Of a stretch of DNA of 64,000 bases, positions 51,180-64,000 are shown in pieces. The position numbers and the translations under genes are program-made. The number at the start of each line of letters is the position of its first letter. The stretch's first letter is position 1. The stretch is from contig NEEC01000004.1 in the NCBI GenBank assembly GCA_002189035.1, forward strand, positions 3,906,001 through 3,970,000, written 5' to 3'. Origin of the DNA: Utricularia gibba. Its lineage: Eukaryota; Plantae; Magnoliophyta. A model generated the notes under the pieces. The model had not been told where the DNA came from, did not search any database, and saw only the letters and a list, made by a program, of their open reading frames with translations.

Positions 51180-51570
51180 TTTGCATGCATTCTGTATCTC
51201 CCCTTGCTGCTCCCATAGGCAAGAGGAATGTTGCTGGAGAGGGGAAAATGCTCCCGATCTTATGACACTGTTAGCAGTTGGGTGATGATCCTTCGGTGTT
51301 GGGGCAATCCCCAGCCGTGTGTCCGAACTCATACATTTGAAGCAGTCGGCTGATTAACCGAACCCACTACTGGATGTTGGGGCAACTCTGTTGTTGGTAT
51401 AGCCACTTCCATAGGAATGTGGTAGACCATAACTTGGACCAGGGCATTTTACATTGTCACCCTTTGAATCCATTGAAGGATTTCCAATGTCACCGTCTTT
51501 AACGCTGCTGTCGGAGGCAGACTAACCTGCGGAATCGACATTACCTTGTATGATGGCATCATGCTTCCAT
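51180..51570 (-). pseudogene. Decayed fragment encoding Gly/Ser-rich sequence with degenerate CCHC zinc knuckles; resembles the C-terminal tail of RPA1C/E-type proteins
   Basis: Minus strand reads ..SKGDNVKCP..SYGSGY..SSGFG*SADCFKC then, frameshifted, EFGHTAGDCPN..NC*QCHKIG. It contains in-frame stops and a frameshift, and no upstream body is visible. Confidence 0.55.
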
Positions 51571-52838
51571 CTAGTAGAATAGTTCAAAATTATTATTTTT
51601 TTTTATAGATAATTGTATTAAGTTTTTTTCTTTCCAATTTGCATCAAACAAAACTTTAAACTGTTAAAATATTTGAATTCATCAACGACATCAATAATTT
51701 CATTTTAACCATCTTATGCTAAAAGATTTAAAATATGAACATAACAACAAAAATGAAATAGTGAACATTCTGTAGATAATTTTTTCCTATCAAAAAGCTT
51801 TTATTGAACATATATATTGTACACTCAGTAAAAGCAACTAGAGATGAGCACACATATGAGTCAACTTGTTGACCTGCAAGTTGACCATTGGATCTCTGAC
51901 TCAAATCCATATAAAATGGATCTGAATTAAGTTGGTTTCTTACGAACATGAGTTGACCTGTAAATATATTAATTTCAAAATCTTTTTTATAAATATATTA
52001 TTCTTTTTTATGATGATGCTAATTAAGATAGATAGGGTTCGATTAAAAAATAAGCAAAAAAAATAAATATCAAGGCATCTTAAGATGATGAACTCCTATT
52101 TCTAAATTATTGAGACTCGCTTCATCACAAAACAATGAACGTGATACTTAGGGTGTAGTTTGTGTGACTGAATCAATAACTTCTACTTAATTTATAATTA
52201 GAAGTTATTGTACAAGTAGATACCAAATAAGTAGAAGTAATATATTAAGTAACCTACTTATTCAATAAGTCACATTTTATCAACTTATGTGTGATAAGTT
52301 GCTGAAATAGTTAAAATTGAAATAAATTACAAATAATTAGAAGTAGAAGTATAAGTTAAGTTTTTGAACAAGTAAAAATATTATGTAAAACACTTAATTT
52401 TACTTTTAATTTAAGTTATAAGTTGTAAAATAAATCATACAGACTACACCCTTAGCTTCTGAAATAAATTTACTAGAAGCTATGATTCAGTTCAGAACTC
52501 GACGCTCCTCTGATTTCAGATTCAAGTTTCACCCAGCACTCACACGGGTTCCATACTTCGGTATGCAGCTTCCTCGATTATCAGCACAATGGTGGCCTAG
52601 ACTACGTTGGTTCAACTGAATTACAGCCGAATTCTTTTGCAAATATCTTAAGTCAGTGCCAGTCCTAGGCATCCTGAAACCCATGTCAACAGAGCTTACA
52701 AAATAATATGAGAGGAAGCACGTACAAGGTTAAGGACTGAGTTCAGAGCCACAAATGGCCTTTTGATGCAACGTTGTGGGATTCAAAAAGCATCAATCAA
52801 CGTAGGATAGAATGAATATTTAGGATGAGATGGTCAGA

Positions 52839-54448
52839 CTACGGATGAGGATTGTAGCATGAGTTTGTGGTCGTTAACTGCAAAAATGGAAACTATGTGC
52901 TGTTTATGATGAAAAAGGTTGCCCTCTTATCGAAATCATGGAAGAGGAAAATTTAACATGAAATCTAACCTTATGTAAAAGACTCTCAGCTGCAGCCATG
53001 TCTTGTTTTTCTTTGTTGAGGGCCTCCAACTCTTCTTTGATCCTCTGATGTTGCTCTTCCGCCTAAGAAGTATAAAGGTGGTTTGTGAACTAAACTTAGG
53101 CAGTGGAAATGGTAGAATTAATGTATCCAGTGATGAAATATTTCAAAGATTACAAAGTGCTGATAAACTAATCACCTCCTCCAAGCGCCTTCTCAAAGTG
53201 TTAACCTCATTCTTCTTTGCTTCAGCTAAGGCTTCCACTACTCTTCCAATATTGGTTCTGAACTCAAAAGTGCATCAAATGAAACGCGGGTAGGGGGCGA
53301 ATACTTAGAAATGACATGTGAATCAAGACTACAGGCTTCATCATTTTTTTTAGAAGAAACAATAAAAACATGCGGGAGCAACACTGTTCCGATGGTATTC
53401 AAAGGATGGAAATCGTACTCTTCAGAAGAAAGTGGATCCAGATTATATGCCTCGATGAGCTCATCAGCAATGTCAAGAGCTTTACCAACCTGCAGGATCA
53501 ATAAAATGTTTCACGTCAATAGTATGTAAGCTTTTTTCAGCAAAAGAAATGAAATTTGCAAGAAACTGTAGTAATCATCAGGGTAATGAATCGGGGAAAG
53601 GTAGAAGATAGACTTGCAGCGGTCCTTTTGGCATCAGAATTCTCCACTCACAACAGTGCATCAGGGCCAATACAGAACAAATAATTACCAAAGATTACCT
53701 GCGTCTCCAACATTATTGAGTCAAACTCATCCTGAGAAATGCAAGACAGAACAGTGTCAACGCTAGATGCTTGTTCAAATTAGTAACCATTTGAGTTCTT
53801 CAAAAGAAGATTTCCGCTTACCTCCAGACCTTGATGTGCAGAGGTAATGACCTGGAGAAGATTCAAGGTAACGAAAGTCAAGATTTGGAAATAGAAACAT
53901 ATGTTTCACATTTTAGCTAAACACAAATCGGGCTACCAAAACTGCCCTAAGGGGGCTAATACAATGAACACCCATCAAATGTTTACCCTGACTATTCAAT
54001 ACTTTCCATTACTATATTAAGAAAAGTAGATACAAGGTTAACAAAAGGAAAATCAAATTTACCCGAATAAAAAGCTGGCGAAGGCGGTTTTTCTCAGAAT
54101 CGGTAAACTTCGGAAAGGCCTTTCGAAATTCCTGTAGAAAAAAAGACCAAGGCAATCGATTCTCTGAAATTCGTAAAAAAAAAAAAAAAATATCCTCTCA
54201 GAATCCATTTTAGATGCAGTAGTCAACTCCATAAACTGATTTTGGCCCCAAAATCGACTTTCCTAATGGTTATAAGAGACCCCAAAACACGAAAAGACGA
54301 AGCGAGTGTGAAGCAGGACTTAATTTCCATGAGAAATTGAGGCTCATACCTCATCGGAGCAAGAAGTCAACAAGCAACGGAGCGCGCGCTTGAAAGACTT
54401 CTTCAGATTCAGCTGCCTGGATCCAGGAAGCGATGCATTTTTGTCCAT
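52839..54448 (-). CDS. NNF1: Kinetochore MIS12-complex subunit NNF1/PMF1 (EMB3006-like). Exons 54448-54350, 54131-54063, 53851-53822, 53731-53699, 53489-53419, 53257-53176, 53062-52970, 52877-52839
   Basis: Spliced product MDKNASLPGSRQLNLKKSFKRALRCLLTSCSDEEFRKAFPKF..LFIRVITS..EDEFDSIMLETQVGKALD..LDPLSS..AKKNEV. All junctions are GT-AG and in phase. The last exon is less certain. Confidence 0.8.
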
Positions 54449-54762
54449 TTCTCAGCCTTTTTCTCCCCCCAAGGCGGGAAGCAGCAGAAAAGAATCGTAA
54501 TGGGCTTCCTCTCAATCACATTTAAAATATAAAATATTTTTTTGATTTTTTTAATATCCAGATTTTTGTTTAAATGATGTCCGAATATTATCATAAATTC
54601 GACAATTGTGATAAGAAATCATCCTGTTAGAGAAACAGGATTCTAGTTGGATGAATTTTCAACTTATCTTGTTTATTCTTAGAAGTTATTGGTGAAAAGT
54701 AAACCCAAAACAAATAACACAAGATTTGTGGTGAATGGAAACCCAAGAACCAAAAGAAAGAA

Positions 54763-57700
54763 GGGGATTTTACACAAATAATCATGTTTTCAGAATTCAT
54801 TCCTTATCATCCAAACCATGTTTGTCATTTTATACAACTCAATCATTTTAATCATTAAAATATTACATTCATAATTTATCATTTTATATGTTATTAAAAT
54901 AATACTATTTGTTAAAGTTAAAATTCATGCCCCATATTTCTTATTTAATAAATTATTATACATTAATAAAATAATATATTTATAATTTATTATTTTATAT
55001 ATTAATAAAATAATAATATTTGTTTATCTCAAACTATCAAAACTTTCTCCAAAAAATTCTCAAGAAAATACAGAAATGAGGCTTCAAAAAATTTTAATAA
55101 ATTACAAAATAAAATAAGATTATAGGTTTTGATTGTTACCAAATCTATCTTCAAAAAGAGGAAATCATAATTCTAGGTTTTTTTATTATTATTATTTGAA
55201 GTATGAAATCACCAGTACTCATCCATTTGAAGAGTTGGTGGAAACAAAGGGCTATGATAAGGCCTTTGATCGAGCAGGTGTTGGATGATGCGTCTATGGA
55301 CAATTCGATCATCACAGAGTGAACAACGATCCCCAGTTCTAGAACCTATCAACACAAAGTTAACACAAGGATGAAAAGTGTCTATGGAATGAATCATTCC
55401 ATTAGGGGACTCTAATAAATCGATTGTGCACCATGGCAATCACTCTGTACTAGAGGATACAACTTGCTTTACTTATTTGCTCTTCTATGATATCGACGTC
55501 CACCCATACAACTTGGAAATAGGATTGTTTTGTCACAACATGCACCTGTTTTTGATACATATCTTCCTGGATTATACATCAAATGAAATGGTGCATGTCA
55601 TCTTTTAGTTGGAGGTAATGGGGGGCTAAATTGCTTTGACCACAACTTTGCACATCGTTCAAATATATCTTCAATCAGTATTGTGATGAGAAGTCTTCGT
55701 GCTCCTCTCAATAAACTATTCATCGATTCTGAAATACTAGTACTAAGAATCTCACACCTGCAATTTGATTCAAAATTGTTAATTAAAGGTAACAAAATTC
55801 AATATAATTAAAGTAAACCATATATTACCTATAACCATCATCCTATGCAAAGGTCCATCGTTTTCTAAAAATCGTAGCAAGATAATCATAAGTATTCTTG
55901 TTTTTCTCTTTTATCTTATTCATGAAAATCTGAAACTTTGATTTTTGGATATCATTGCAGCATTCCAAAATAAATTATGAAAAACCTCTTATTTAAACTT
56001 AGCTCTAAAGTTCTCATGCAAATGTTTTAGAGAATATCGATGAGCTCCTTGTGGCTCTTGAAAGACTTGAAAGCTATTGACTACCTTACGTATCCCTACA
56101 TTTTGATCAAAAATAATACATGTAGCACAAGAATCAGATTTGATAACATGATCCATTAGGTTGCTCAAAAAGCAATACCAAGACTCAAACGATTCTTCCT
56201 CAACAATTCCAAATGCTAAAGTAACAATAACTCTATCACCATCAAGAGTTATCGCAATAAGTAACTTGAGTCGATATTGTGAGTACAAGTGTGTAGCATC
56301 AATAGAGATAATCAGTCGGCAATATTTATAAGCACATATACAAGTTCCAAATGCCCGGAACACACGATGCAACATAGCCTCATCCAAATCTGTATGAAAA
56401 TGATCATATTTAACAATAGTACTTAAAATAAATGAAAATGAACATATTAAATATTTATTCAAACATGTAGAGTAACAACAATATAAAATATATGATATAG
56501 CATCTTGAATAGCTTTTAAACATATTGGCAAGTTAGGTACCGAGGTTTCCCATGTGCCATATAAATCTCAAATATAATGCTTGATTCCAAGTCATGCTTT
56601 CTTATATGTTGATTTAGCATTAAGTTGATTTTTCATCAATGTGATCACATTAAAAACAGTAATATTAGGATCTGTGCAATGACATTTGTTCGCACATTCA
56701 CATGACGAATAGAACAGAACTACTAATGAAACATGTATGAGGTCCATCATACTGTGAAACTACTCAATCCTATATAACTTTATTGAAAATAACTCTAACA
56801 CGCCACATGCATTTCAAAATGGTTTCCCTATGCAAACAATGAATTTCATATTGAGAATTACTTGATTTGTATACCTTGAAAGAGCGTTTCATATTTTCAA
56901 TTACATTGAAGGATAAAACTGTCTTCATTTGTTCTTTATCTCTAAAGTATTTTACATTAAAAAGCTCTTCACATGCATTATCATAGTAAATAAATCGAGT
57001 ATATTCTATTAAAGAATCTGCAAACATTAACTCCATATTAACATAAGGATTGTAATCAACCTCATCACTCCAATCATCATATGACTCATCAATATTATAT
57101 AATATATCATTTTCATCAATATACTTCTCACTACTAGCTTTTTTTTTAGAACTTTCACATGAATTTGAAGAATAGATACGATATGATTGCACACCCTCCA
57201 TCTTCATTTTCTAATTCAGTGTCAATATCAGATTCAACAAAATTATTTCTATATTTTATTTATATCTCCTTTATAAATTCTAAGTTTGCAATTTCACTGG
57301 TTCTTGTAAAATAACAATTCAAAGTATAATAATAAAATATATTTTCAAAAAATAAATAATAATAAATTTATCATAATTTAAATTAGAATATACTTGTTTT
57401 TTCACTATGAAAATCTGTTAACAAATTCACAAATGATTGTTTAATAATAACGTACATATCAATACTTGAAATATTACAATATTCATGAAACAAAAATGCT
57501 AAATATCTATCATCAAACTCTAATTGATGAAAAAAGTTTTTTAATTTCCTATTTTCATCATATGCAATATAATTCATAAACACATTTGTAATATGTTTCC
57601 TGTTATAAATATATTTAAAATAAAATAAATTGAAGATAAAAGATTTCCAATTGTAATATCACGTGCCAAATTTGCATAACATTGTAGTGGTTGATTGTAA

Positions 57701-58273
57701 TATATAAAATCATTCATTGTACAAATATTTCCACTCTAAAATATTTTTGTTATCACCATGGATGACACCATTATGAAAAAAAATTATGTAAATATCAAAC
57801 ATAAAAATAAGTAATTATAATTAAAAATGGAACCAACAATCATTAAAAATTTCTTTCTTTAACAAAAAAAAGAATGGAATAAAATCATATTTATGTTTTT
57901 GAAACCCTACAAAATAAAATTTATACTTGTATCATCTTATAAATTGGGTTTGGTTGTTGGGATTTCTTTTAATTGCAATTTGTGAAGGTAATATATAGAA
58001 AATGAAGTATTCAAGGAAGATGAAGTGTGAAATCAACCGATTAGCTCCCTCGGAGTCCGGCGAATTTCAAGAAGTTAAGGCACGATTTTAACTTTTGGGG
58101 CAAATTGGATAGGTGGGATAAATAAATCGTATTATTTTAGTAATATACAAAATGATGAATTATAAATGTAGTATTTTAATGATTAAAATAGTTGAGTTGT
58201 ATAAAATGACAAACATGGTTAGGATGATGGTGAATGTATTATGAAAACATTGACTATTTGTGTAAAATTCCCG
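54763..58273 (-). mobile_element. Mutator-like (MuDR) element with degenerate transposase: MuDR domain about 56770-57207, MULE domain 55989-56531, SWIM-region remnant about 55200-55800
   Basis: About 140-bp TIRs starting GGGGATTTTACACAAATA / (rc) CGGGAATTTTACACAAATA. 9-bp TSD AAGAAAGAA / AAGAAATAA. Motifs ISIDATHLY..LLIAITLDG..LAFGIVEEESFESW..HLHENF. Confidence 0.9.
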
Positions 58274-59714
58274 AAGAAATAACAATTATTTTACTAGTAA
58301 CACAAAGCAATCAATAAATATAAAATTTAAATCACACCACCATTAAGATAATCAACACAATAGGTACAAAAACAGAACTCTCTTTATAATTTAACATGAA
58401 CGTAATTTATCATGAACTTGATAAGAGATTAAACTATTTTCTTTTGGAGATGAATCAAGCCCAAGTCTTTCTCTCAAGATTGATCACTTGTGGTAAAGAT
58501 AAATCCTCTTATTTTATTATGTGAAATGGTCCAATCTTTATGCTTTATTGGTGGTGGCTCACACCAACTTTTTCATACACTTATTACATATGTGGTGGTA
58601 ACTCCACATATATGAATATGTGGATAGCTCCAACTCACTTGTTGGACTTTATGTTTGGGTCTAAATTTCTATTAAATATTATTTGAAGTAATTCAATTAC
58701 TTCAACAAAGTGAGTTTATTTTAAAAAATATTATCTATTTTATATATTATTTGAAAATAATAATTTTCTAAAAGACAACTATCTTCTTAAAAAATTTTAA
58801 TTTATTATTTGAATTTAAAATATAAAAAACATAAACATATCATGGTCACAATGAGATAATATAATTGGGATAAGAGAGAGACTCATGATCTTCATTAGTT
58901 TTGACACTATTAATGTTAAAGGCTCTTGATTGATTAATTTTAGGGATATATGACTTAGCAATTTTTTCCAAAGATTGTTGAACATAAGAATCATGCAATG
59001 ATGTTGGAGTTTCATTTAATGTTATGTTTGATACTGGTGTTTATAGACTTTGTAATGTTGTTGATTTATTCGTAAATAAAATTAAGAAGAATCAAAGAAT
59101 GAACTTGAGAAGAAAATATGAAATATCATGATTTCACTTGTAGTTGTTTGGTTATTAGTATTAGTTTCTCCATTTATTACTATCATGGTGGAGTAGATTA
59201 CTCATGTTGTTGATATGTAAAATACACTATCTTAGATATAGATATTCTGAATCTGATATAAGTTGAAGAAAAAATTGATGATTGCAAATAAGGAGAAAAA
59301 TAGTTTTTAATATATATACAAGACTAAATGAATGTGGGCTGACTTGAATCATTTAAACATATACTTAAGAAATCCTCTAATTTCAATAATGGCCCCTCAA
59401 TTCTCCGGCAATATGATTTTTACCCTTCATTAGTTGCATACGGGGGCTTATTTGGAATTATTTGCCTTTTAAATACCAAGAATTAACCACTTCCACATTC
59501 AGAAAATGGACCTTTATGTTGGGCCATCAAACCAGCCCAAATTGTTGGCCCAGTAACCTCTCGTCGTCAGCAACAACCTCTGTTTCGGAACAGAAGTGTC
59601 GTCCGTCCCCGCCCCGTCCCTCTCCCCGAACCCTCAAAAACCTTCATAAACCTCTTCCTTTCGGTAAATCTCAAAGTCCTTTCCTCTCCTTTTTCATTCG
59701 CAATTTCTTGGTAC

Positions 59715-62450
59715 ATGGAGACGATGCTTGGATTTGAGGATGATGGCGGAATCGAAGTCGTCGAGGGCAAGCCCATCAGAATGAAGCTGGTACCTTGGAT
59801 CAGCTGGGACGAGTGGATGTTTGTGAAAGAGTCCCTTTTCTCTTCAAATCCTTATTCTGTTACTTCGGCTATTCATAGAGTACGAAATTAGCCAAAATGC
59901 TGCAGTTCTCGTTTTTGAGATGTGAACTTGCAGAATTTTAATTTTTTTCCTCACCTTGCTGCGTTTGTAGATACGGACGTGGCAGAGTAGAGGATGCATT
60001 CCAGTTTTGGTTGAAGTTACCGCTTCTATTGTTGAAATTCGGCACAAAGATCCTTTCTTCAGGTTTCTCATTGTGACCCTCTCTTATTTTATGGTTGTAT
60101 TGGTGTGAACATTGGAAGTTACTATATTGTTTCGTGTTATGTAATATGTTAATCTGGATTTTTGATGCTTGAAGACTTAAATGATTTGTAAGTTTTCCAA
60201 CGTGAATGATGTAAAACTTTTATTTTTTTTTGTTTTGAGTATTCCATACTTGTGTGTATAACAGAAATGACTTAGATGATACTGGCTTTTCGACTGAGGA
60301 ATTGGCCATGCTGTATTGCATGGCAATAATGAGGTGAACATTCATTCGACCTTCTCCCTACTGGATTACATGCAGTTTTTTTTGTTTCCTCCATCTTGAT
60401 GTAAACTTGGTGGTTTTCAAGGCTAGTTAATGGGGTTATCGAGAAGAACCGGAAAAAGAATGAGATTTCTATAGGTGAAGCCGCTGAGATAATTGGTATC
60501 CCCAGAATGCTCATAGATATCCGGCATGGTGAGTGTGAACTTGTATTTAATTAGCTTTTCTATGTTTATGCTGGTACTAGAAACTGGTCATAACTTGTTT
60601 TGTTATTTGGTGTTCCACAGAGGGTTCTCATCGGGGTCTTCCTTCTCTTCAACTGCTTCGAGTGGCATCAGAAAAAGTACTGTTTTTCAATCTAACTGAG
60701 CCAGTTTTTTTTTTCAATTTTCCCTTGTTTACTTAAATATGTCAAGGACCCAGAATCCACCCAATAGAGTCCTCTAATCATAAGGTTCTGTGGTCTTGCA
60801 TTATATCTCATTTTTCTTATACTAGAAAGTATTCATTCAAAGGATGTCCCGTTCAACTTTATGATGTTTTTGTACTCTATCTCGGTAACTCATTTCTGAT
60901 TTTCTTTCATCAACATGTTGGATTTTCAGGCACTTGGCTGGTTGGTACGGTACTATTGGGAACCTCAAGAAAAGTTGATTGCTCCATCTAGTAATACCGC
61001 AGACAATCTTAAGAGAGAAATCAAGTGCATCCTACTTGAAGTTGCTTTCTCTCTGAAGCAAAAGCAGGAAGCAAGGGCTGGCTCTTCAAATGTTAGAGGA
61101 AAAGGTGAGTGCTCTTCATGACAAATAGTTCATAGATCTCACCTGTTTCAGGCGGTAGTAAGTTTTCCATCTTTTGTCACTGGCTTCCCATCACATTCAT
61201 ACTCTTGTTCGGCAGCTGTGTTTTATTTGCTTAATTTCATTCTTATTTATGTAACTCCACCTTCCACTTATATTTCAGGTATCAAGGACCAGCTTGCCAA
61301 GTCAATAAAGAGCATCCTCCAGTTGTATTCATCATCATTCTCTCAAGAAGTAATCCATATTCTTTTGGATTACGTACTAAATGCATTAAACAATCACCTG
61401 AGAGAAATCTCAGAAAACTTGCAAATTGCTGAAAGGCCCGAAGTGAAGCAAACAGCATTTGATGATTGGAAATCTTTTGTGGTGAAGCTCTCTAGCAGCA
61501 GCCCAGAGTTCCTTGTCGCTCTGACACAAGGAGTTCTTGAGAAGCTTGAGACAAATAAAGCTTTTGGTCATCAAACAGGTAACAATTCTATCCTCACCCT
61601 ATATACTTGCAGTAAATTTCTTGAATATCCTCCATAATGCCCATCTCCATCAGATGACAAGGGAATGATGGGCATCCCCAAGCTACCAGTCCGAATTAAG
61701 TTACTTTGGCGTCTGCTCGAGTGGCTGACTGGAAGCATGAAGAAACTAACAGAATCTCCAAAAAGCAAAGCTCCCATGGTAGAAAAGCATCTTTCAAAGG
61801 AAGTTGTCCGTGGATTACTACGCAGATGTCTTCTGGCATCCCCTCCACCCAACAAAGTATCAAAATCAGCTGTCATCACACTTGCCGAACTAAATGGACA
61901 CATTGGTCTTCTGCAAAATGTCAGAAAGCTTGTTTCAATGACTTGGCCATTGGTTCCAGAAACAGAGTCCTCTGACTCCTTGGATCTTGGCCTAGCTGAA
62001 TCCTCCCTGAGTCAAGCATTAGAGAAGTTCCATTCGGTCACCCGACATCAGATTCAGACACTATCCGAAGAACCCGTAAAGAGCAGATGGGCTGTAACCA
62101 AATCATGGAACCCATGCCCCATTGGGATGCTGCCTCATCATGTAGGCTTCTCTGGTAGGTTGCCGAATCTCGACAACCAGAGCGATGAAACCTGTTTCCC
62201 AGGTATGAAAGAGAGCAGTCAAGGGAGGCCAGGTAAAAGAGAAGCAGACAGTGAGAAGTGTGACAAGGTATTTGCTAAAAGAATGAAGGAGACAGAAGCA
62301 GATTATTCAGGCAACTGCTCAGAAACCGTTGGTGGAGATTGCCCTGTGGGTCGTATGTTGATAGGCGGAGCATGGAAGAGCATTGGAGAGCAAGAACTTT
62401 TGGGCATTGCCTCTACCATAAGACTGCTTGTCGAACCAACAGACATTTAA
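59715..62450 (+). CDS. LAS1: LAS1-like pre-rRNA processing nuclease. Exons 59715-59879, 59971-60062, 60265-60333, 60422-60528, 60621-60676, 60930-61104, 61279-61578, 61654-62450
   Basis: KLVPWISWDEW, WQSRGCIPVLVEVTA, LAMLYCMAIMRLVNG, GIPRMLIDIRHEGSH (HEPN RxxxxH), YYWEPQ, WNPCPIGMLP. In-phase splice sites. Confidence 0.85.
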
Positions 62451-63292
62451 GATGACGCATGTTCAGATTATGTAGTAACTTTAGAGATCAAGCTAGTTGT
62501 CAGTAAGTTTTTTAAATCGAGTTTGTAAAACATACCCTCCAATAAGCAAGATCCAAACCAACTTATTCTTTGGGATCCAAAAAAATTTATAAATTTAATC
62601 TGTGTTCTAGAAAAGTTCTATACTGAATTCATAAAACGTTGTTTCCTTTCGGACAGTCATAAAACGTTGTTTCTATTCTTGGACTTTGCTATGGAACCAT
62701 AATGAAGAGAGATTGGCTTTCTTTATCGACTATGATTGGATTGGGTTGACCCATGATAACGGACTGGTCCGTGCCATGTTTACAAATTTGGGCAGGACCA
62801 CGATAATGGCTTCGAATGGGCCACATGGCGGGATGGTCTGGGCTCGGCCACCTATATAGATTAGGCCCGCCCAAATCATAATATTAACAACGCCTAGCCC
62901 AACTATTATGTTAGCCCAACCCATTTATTAATATTGGGCCACCAACCACTTTCCATGGCCCATACCAATAATTAATTTAATTCAAATGCATAAATGCCAA
63001 ATGAACTGGCCCAGCGCTTCACGTGCCCCTACCGATAACTTTAGCGAGGCGAAGACCATTACGTTAACGTGACCCAGCCCATAACACCTCGCCCAACCCA
63101 TTACTTTATATTGACCCAACCCGTCCCTTCTCTCGAGCCAAGATAATAATTAATCTTTGCCCAGTCCATAAACTAATCTTCACCCGGCCAAAAATTTAAC
63201 CAAGGCCCAGCCCATAATTTGATAAAAGGACCCGACATAACTAACAAAGGCTCATCCTATTAGTTCATGTCAGCTCAACCCACCACGTCACT

Positions 63293-64000
63293 GGCCCAGA
63301 CCATTAATAAACGTGGCCCATTCCATCAATTAACTTGACTCAGCCCAAACGTTAACCATGGCCCAGACCATAAACTGTTATATGGCCCAGACCATTAAGT
63401 AAAGTGGCCCAGTCCAACAATTAACTCAGCTCAACCCAAACATTAATCATAGCTCAGACCATTAATTAGCGTGGCCCAATCCATCAATTAACTCGGCTCA
63501 GCCCAAACATTAACCATGGCCCAGACCAACAATTCACGTGGCCCAGTCCATCAATTAACTCGGTCAGCCCAAACATTAACCAAGGCCCAGACCATTAGTT
63601 AACGTGGCCCAGTCCATCAATTAACTCGGTCAACCCAAACATTAACCAAGGCCCAGACCATTAGTTAACGTGGCCCCGTCCATCAATTAACTCGGATCAG
63701 CCCAAACATTAACCATGGGCCAGACCAATAATTAACGCGGCCCAGTCCATCAATTACCTCGGCTCAACCCAAACATTAACCATGGCCCAGACCATTAATT
63801 AACGTGGCTCAGTCCATCAATTAACTCGGCTCAGCACAAACTTTAACCATAGCCTAGACAATTAATCAACGTAGCCCCGTCCATCAATTAACTCGGCTCA
63901 GGCCAAACATTAACCATGGCCCAGACCAATAATTAACATGGCCCAGTCCATCAATTAACTCAGCTCAGCCCAAACTTTAACCATGGCCCACACAAATAAT
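63293..64000. repeat. Tandem array, about 66-bp unit (at least 10 copies, runs off the window end), built from three diverged 22-23 bp monomers
   Basis: Unit GGCCCAGACCATTAATTAACGT + GGCCCAGTCCATCAATTAACTC + GGCTCAGCCCAAACATTAACCAT. Unit starts at 63293, 63360, 63584 and 63650 among others; more degenerate copies extend back to about 62900. Confidence 0.92.

Noticed and set aside
51277-51360. Box C/D snoRNA candidate (GTGATGA at about 51282 to CTGA at about 51350)
   Set aside because: I could not recognise an rRNA or snRNA guide. The same bases are better explained as the antisense of a decayed zinc-knuckle coding sequence. A snoscan run would settle it.
61130-61215. Extra LAS1 exon
   Set aside because: Flanking exons 60930-61104 and 61279-61578 already join in phase, and this segment lacks a clear donor.
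63293-64000. CRISPR-like periodic array
   Set aside because: Units are contiguous near-identical repeats without unique spacers, no cas genes are present, and the context is plant nuclear DNA.

Overview
Eukaryotic (flowering plant, probably eudicot) nuclear DNA; I found no prokaryotic features or CRISPR. It has compact genes with many 59-95 nt GT-AG introns, separated by AT-rich, transposon-filled spacers. Genes in order: partial RNI-like LRR gene (+), CSLG cellulose synthase-like (+), DPH1 (+), phosphoribulokinase PRK (+), ATG22/UMF1-like MFS transporter (+), BRX-like (+), MAK/MHK-family kinase (-) with a 41-aa conserved-peptide-type uORF, NHR2-like (+), LTO1/YAE1-family (-), organellar uL24 (+), a decayed zinc-knuckle fragment (-), NNF1/PMF1 kinetochore gene (-) and LAS1-like (+). 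Mobile DNA includes a Copia relic with a PIF/Harbinger in its LTR (5.8-10.7 kb), a nested stack at 23.1-34.0 kb (Copia > hAT > MULE > Harbinger > foldback, the outer four levels with readable TSDs), a MULE at 54.8-58.3 kb, and a 66-bp higher-order tandem array at the right end. Six apparent 1-bp losses, at or near C/G runs, break four otherwise intact genes; this looks like systematic assembly error, not pseudogenisation. I found no clearly new biological system. The best leads are the hidden uORF, the nested TE stack, two decayed gene relics and the terminal repeat array. All family assignments come from motif recognition and memory, not database searches.
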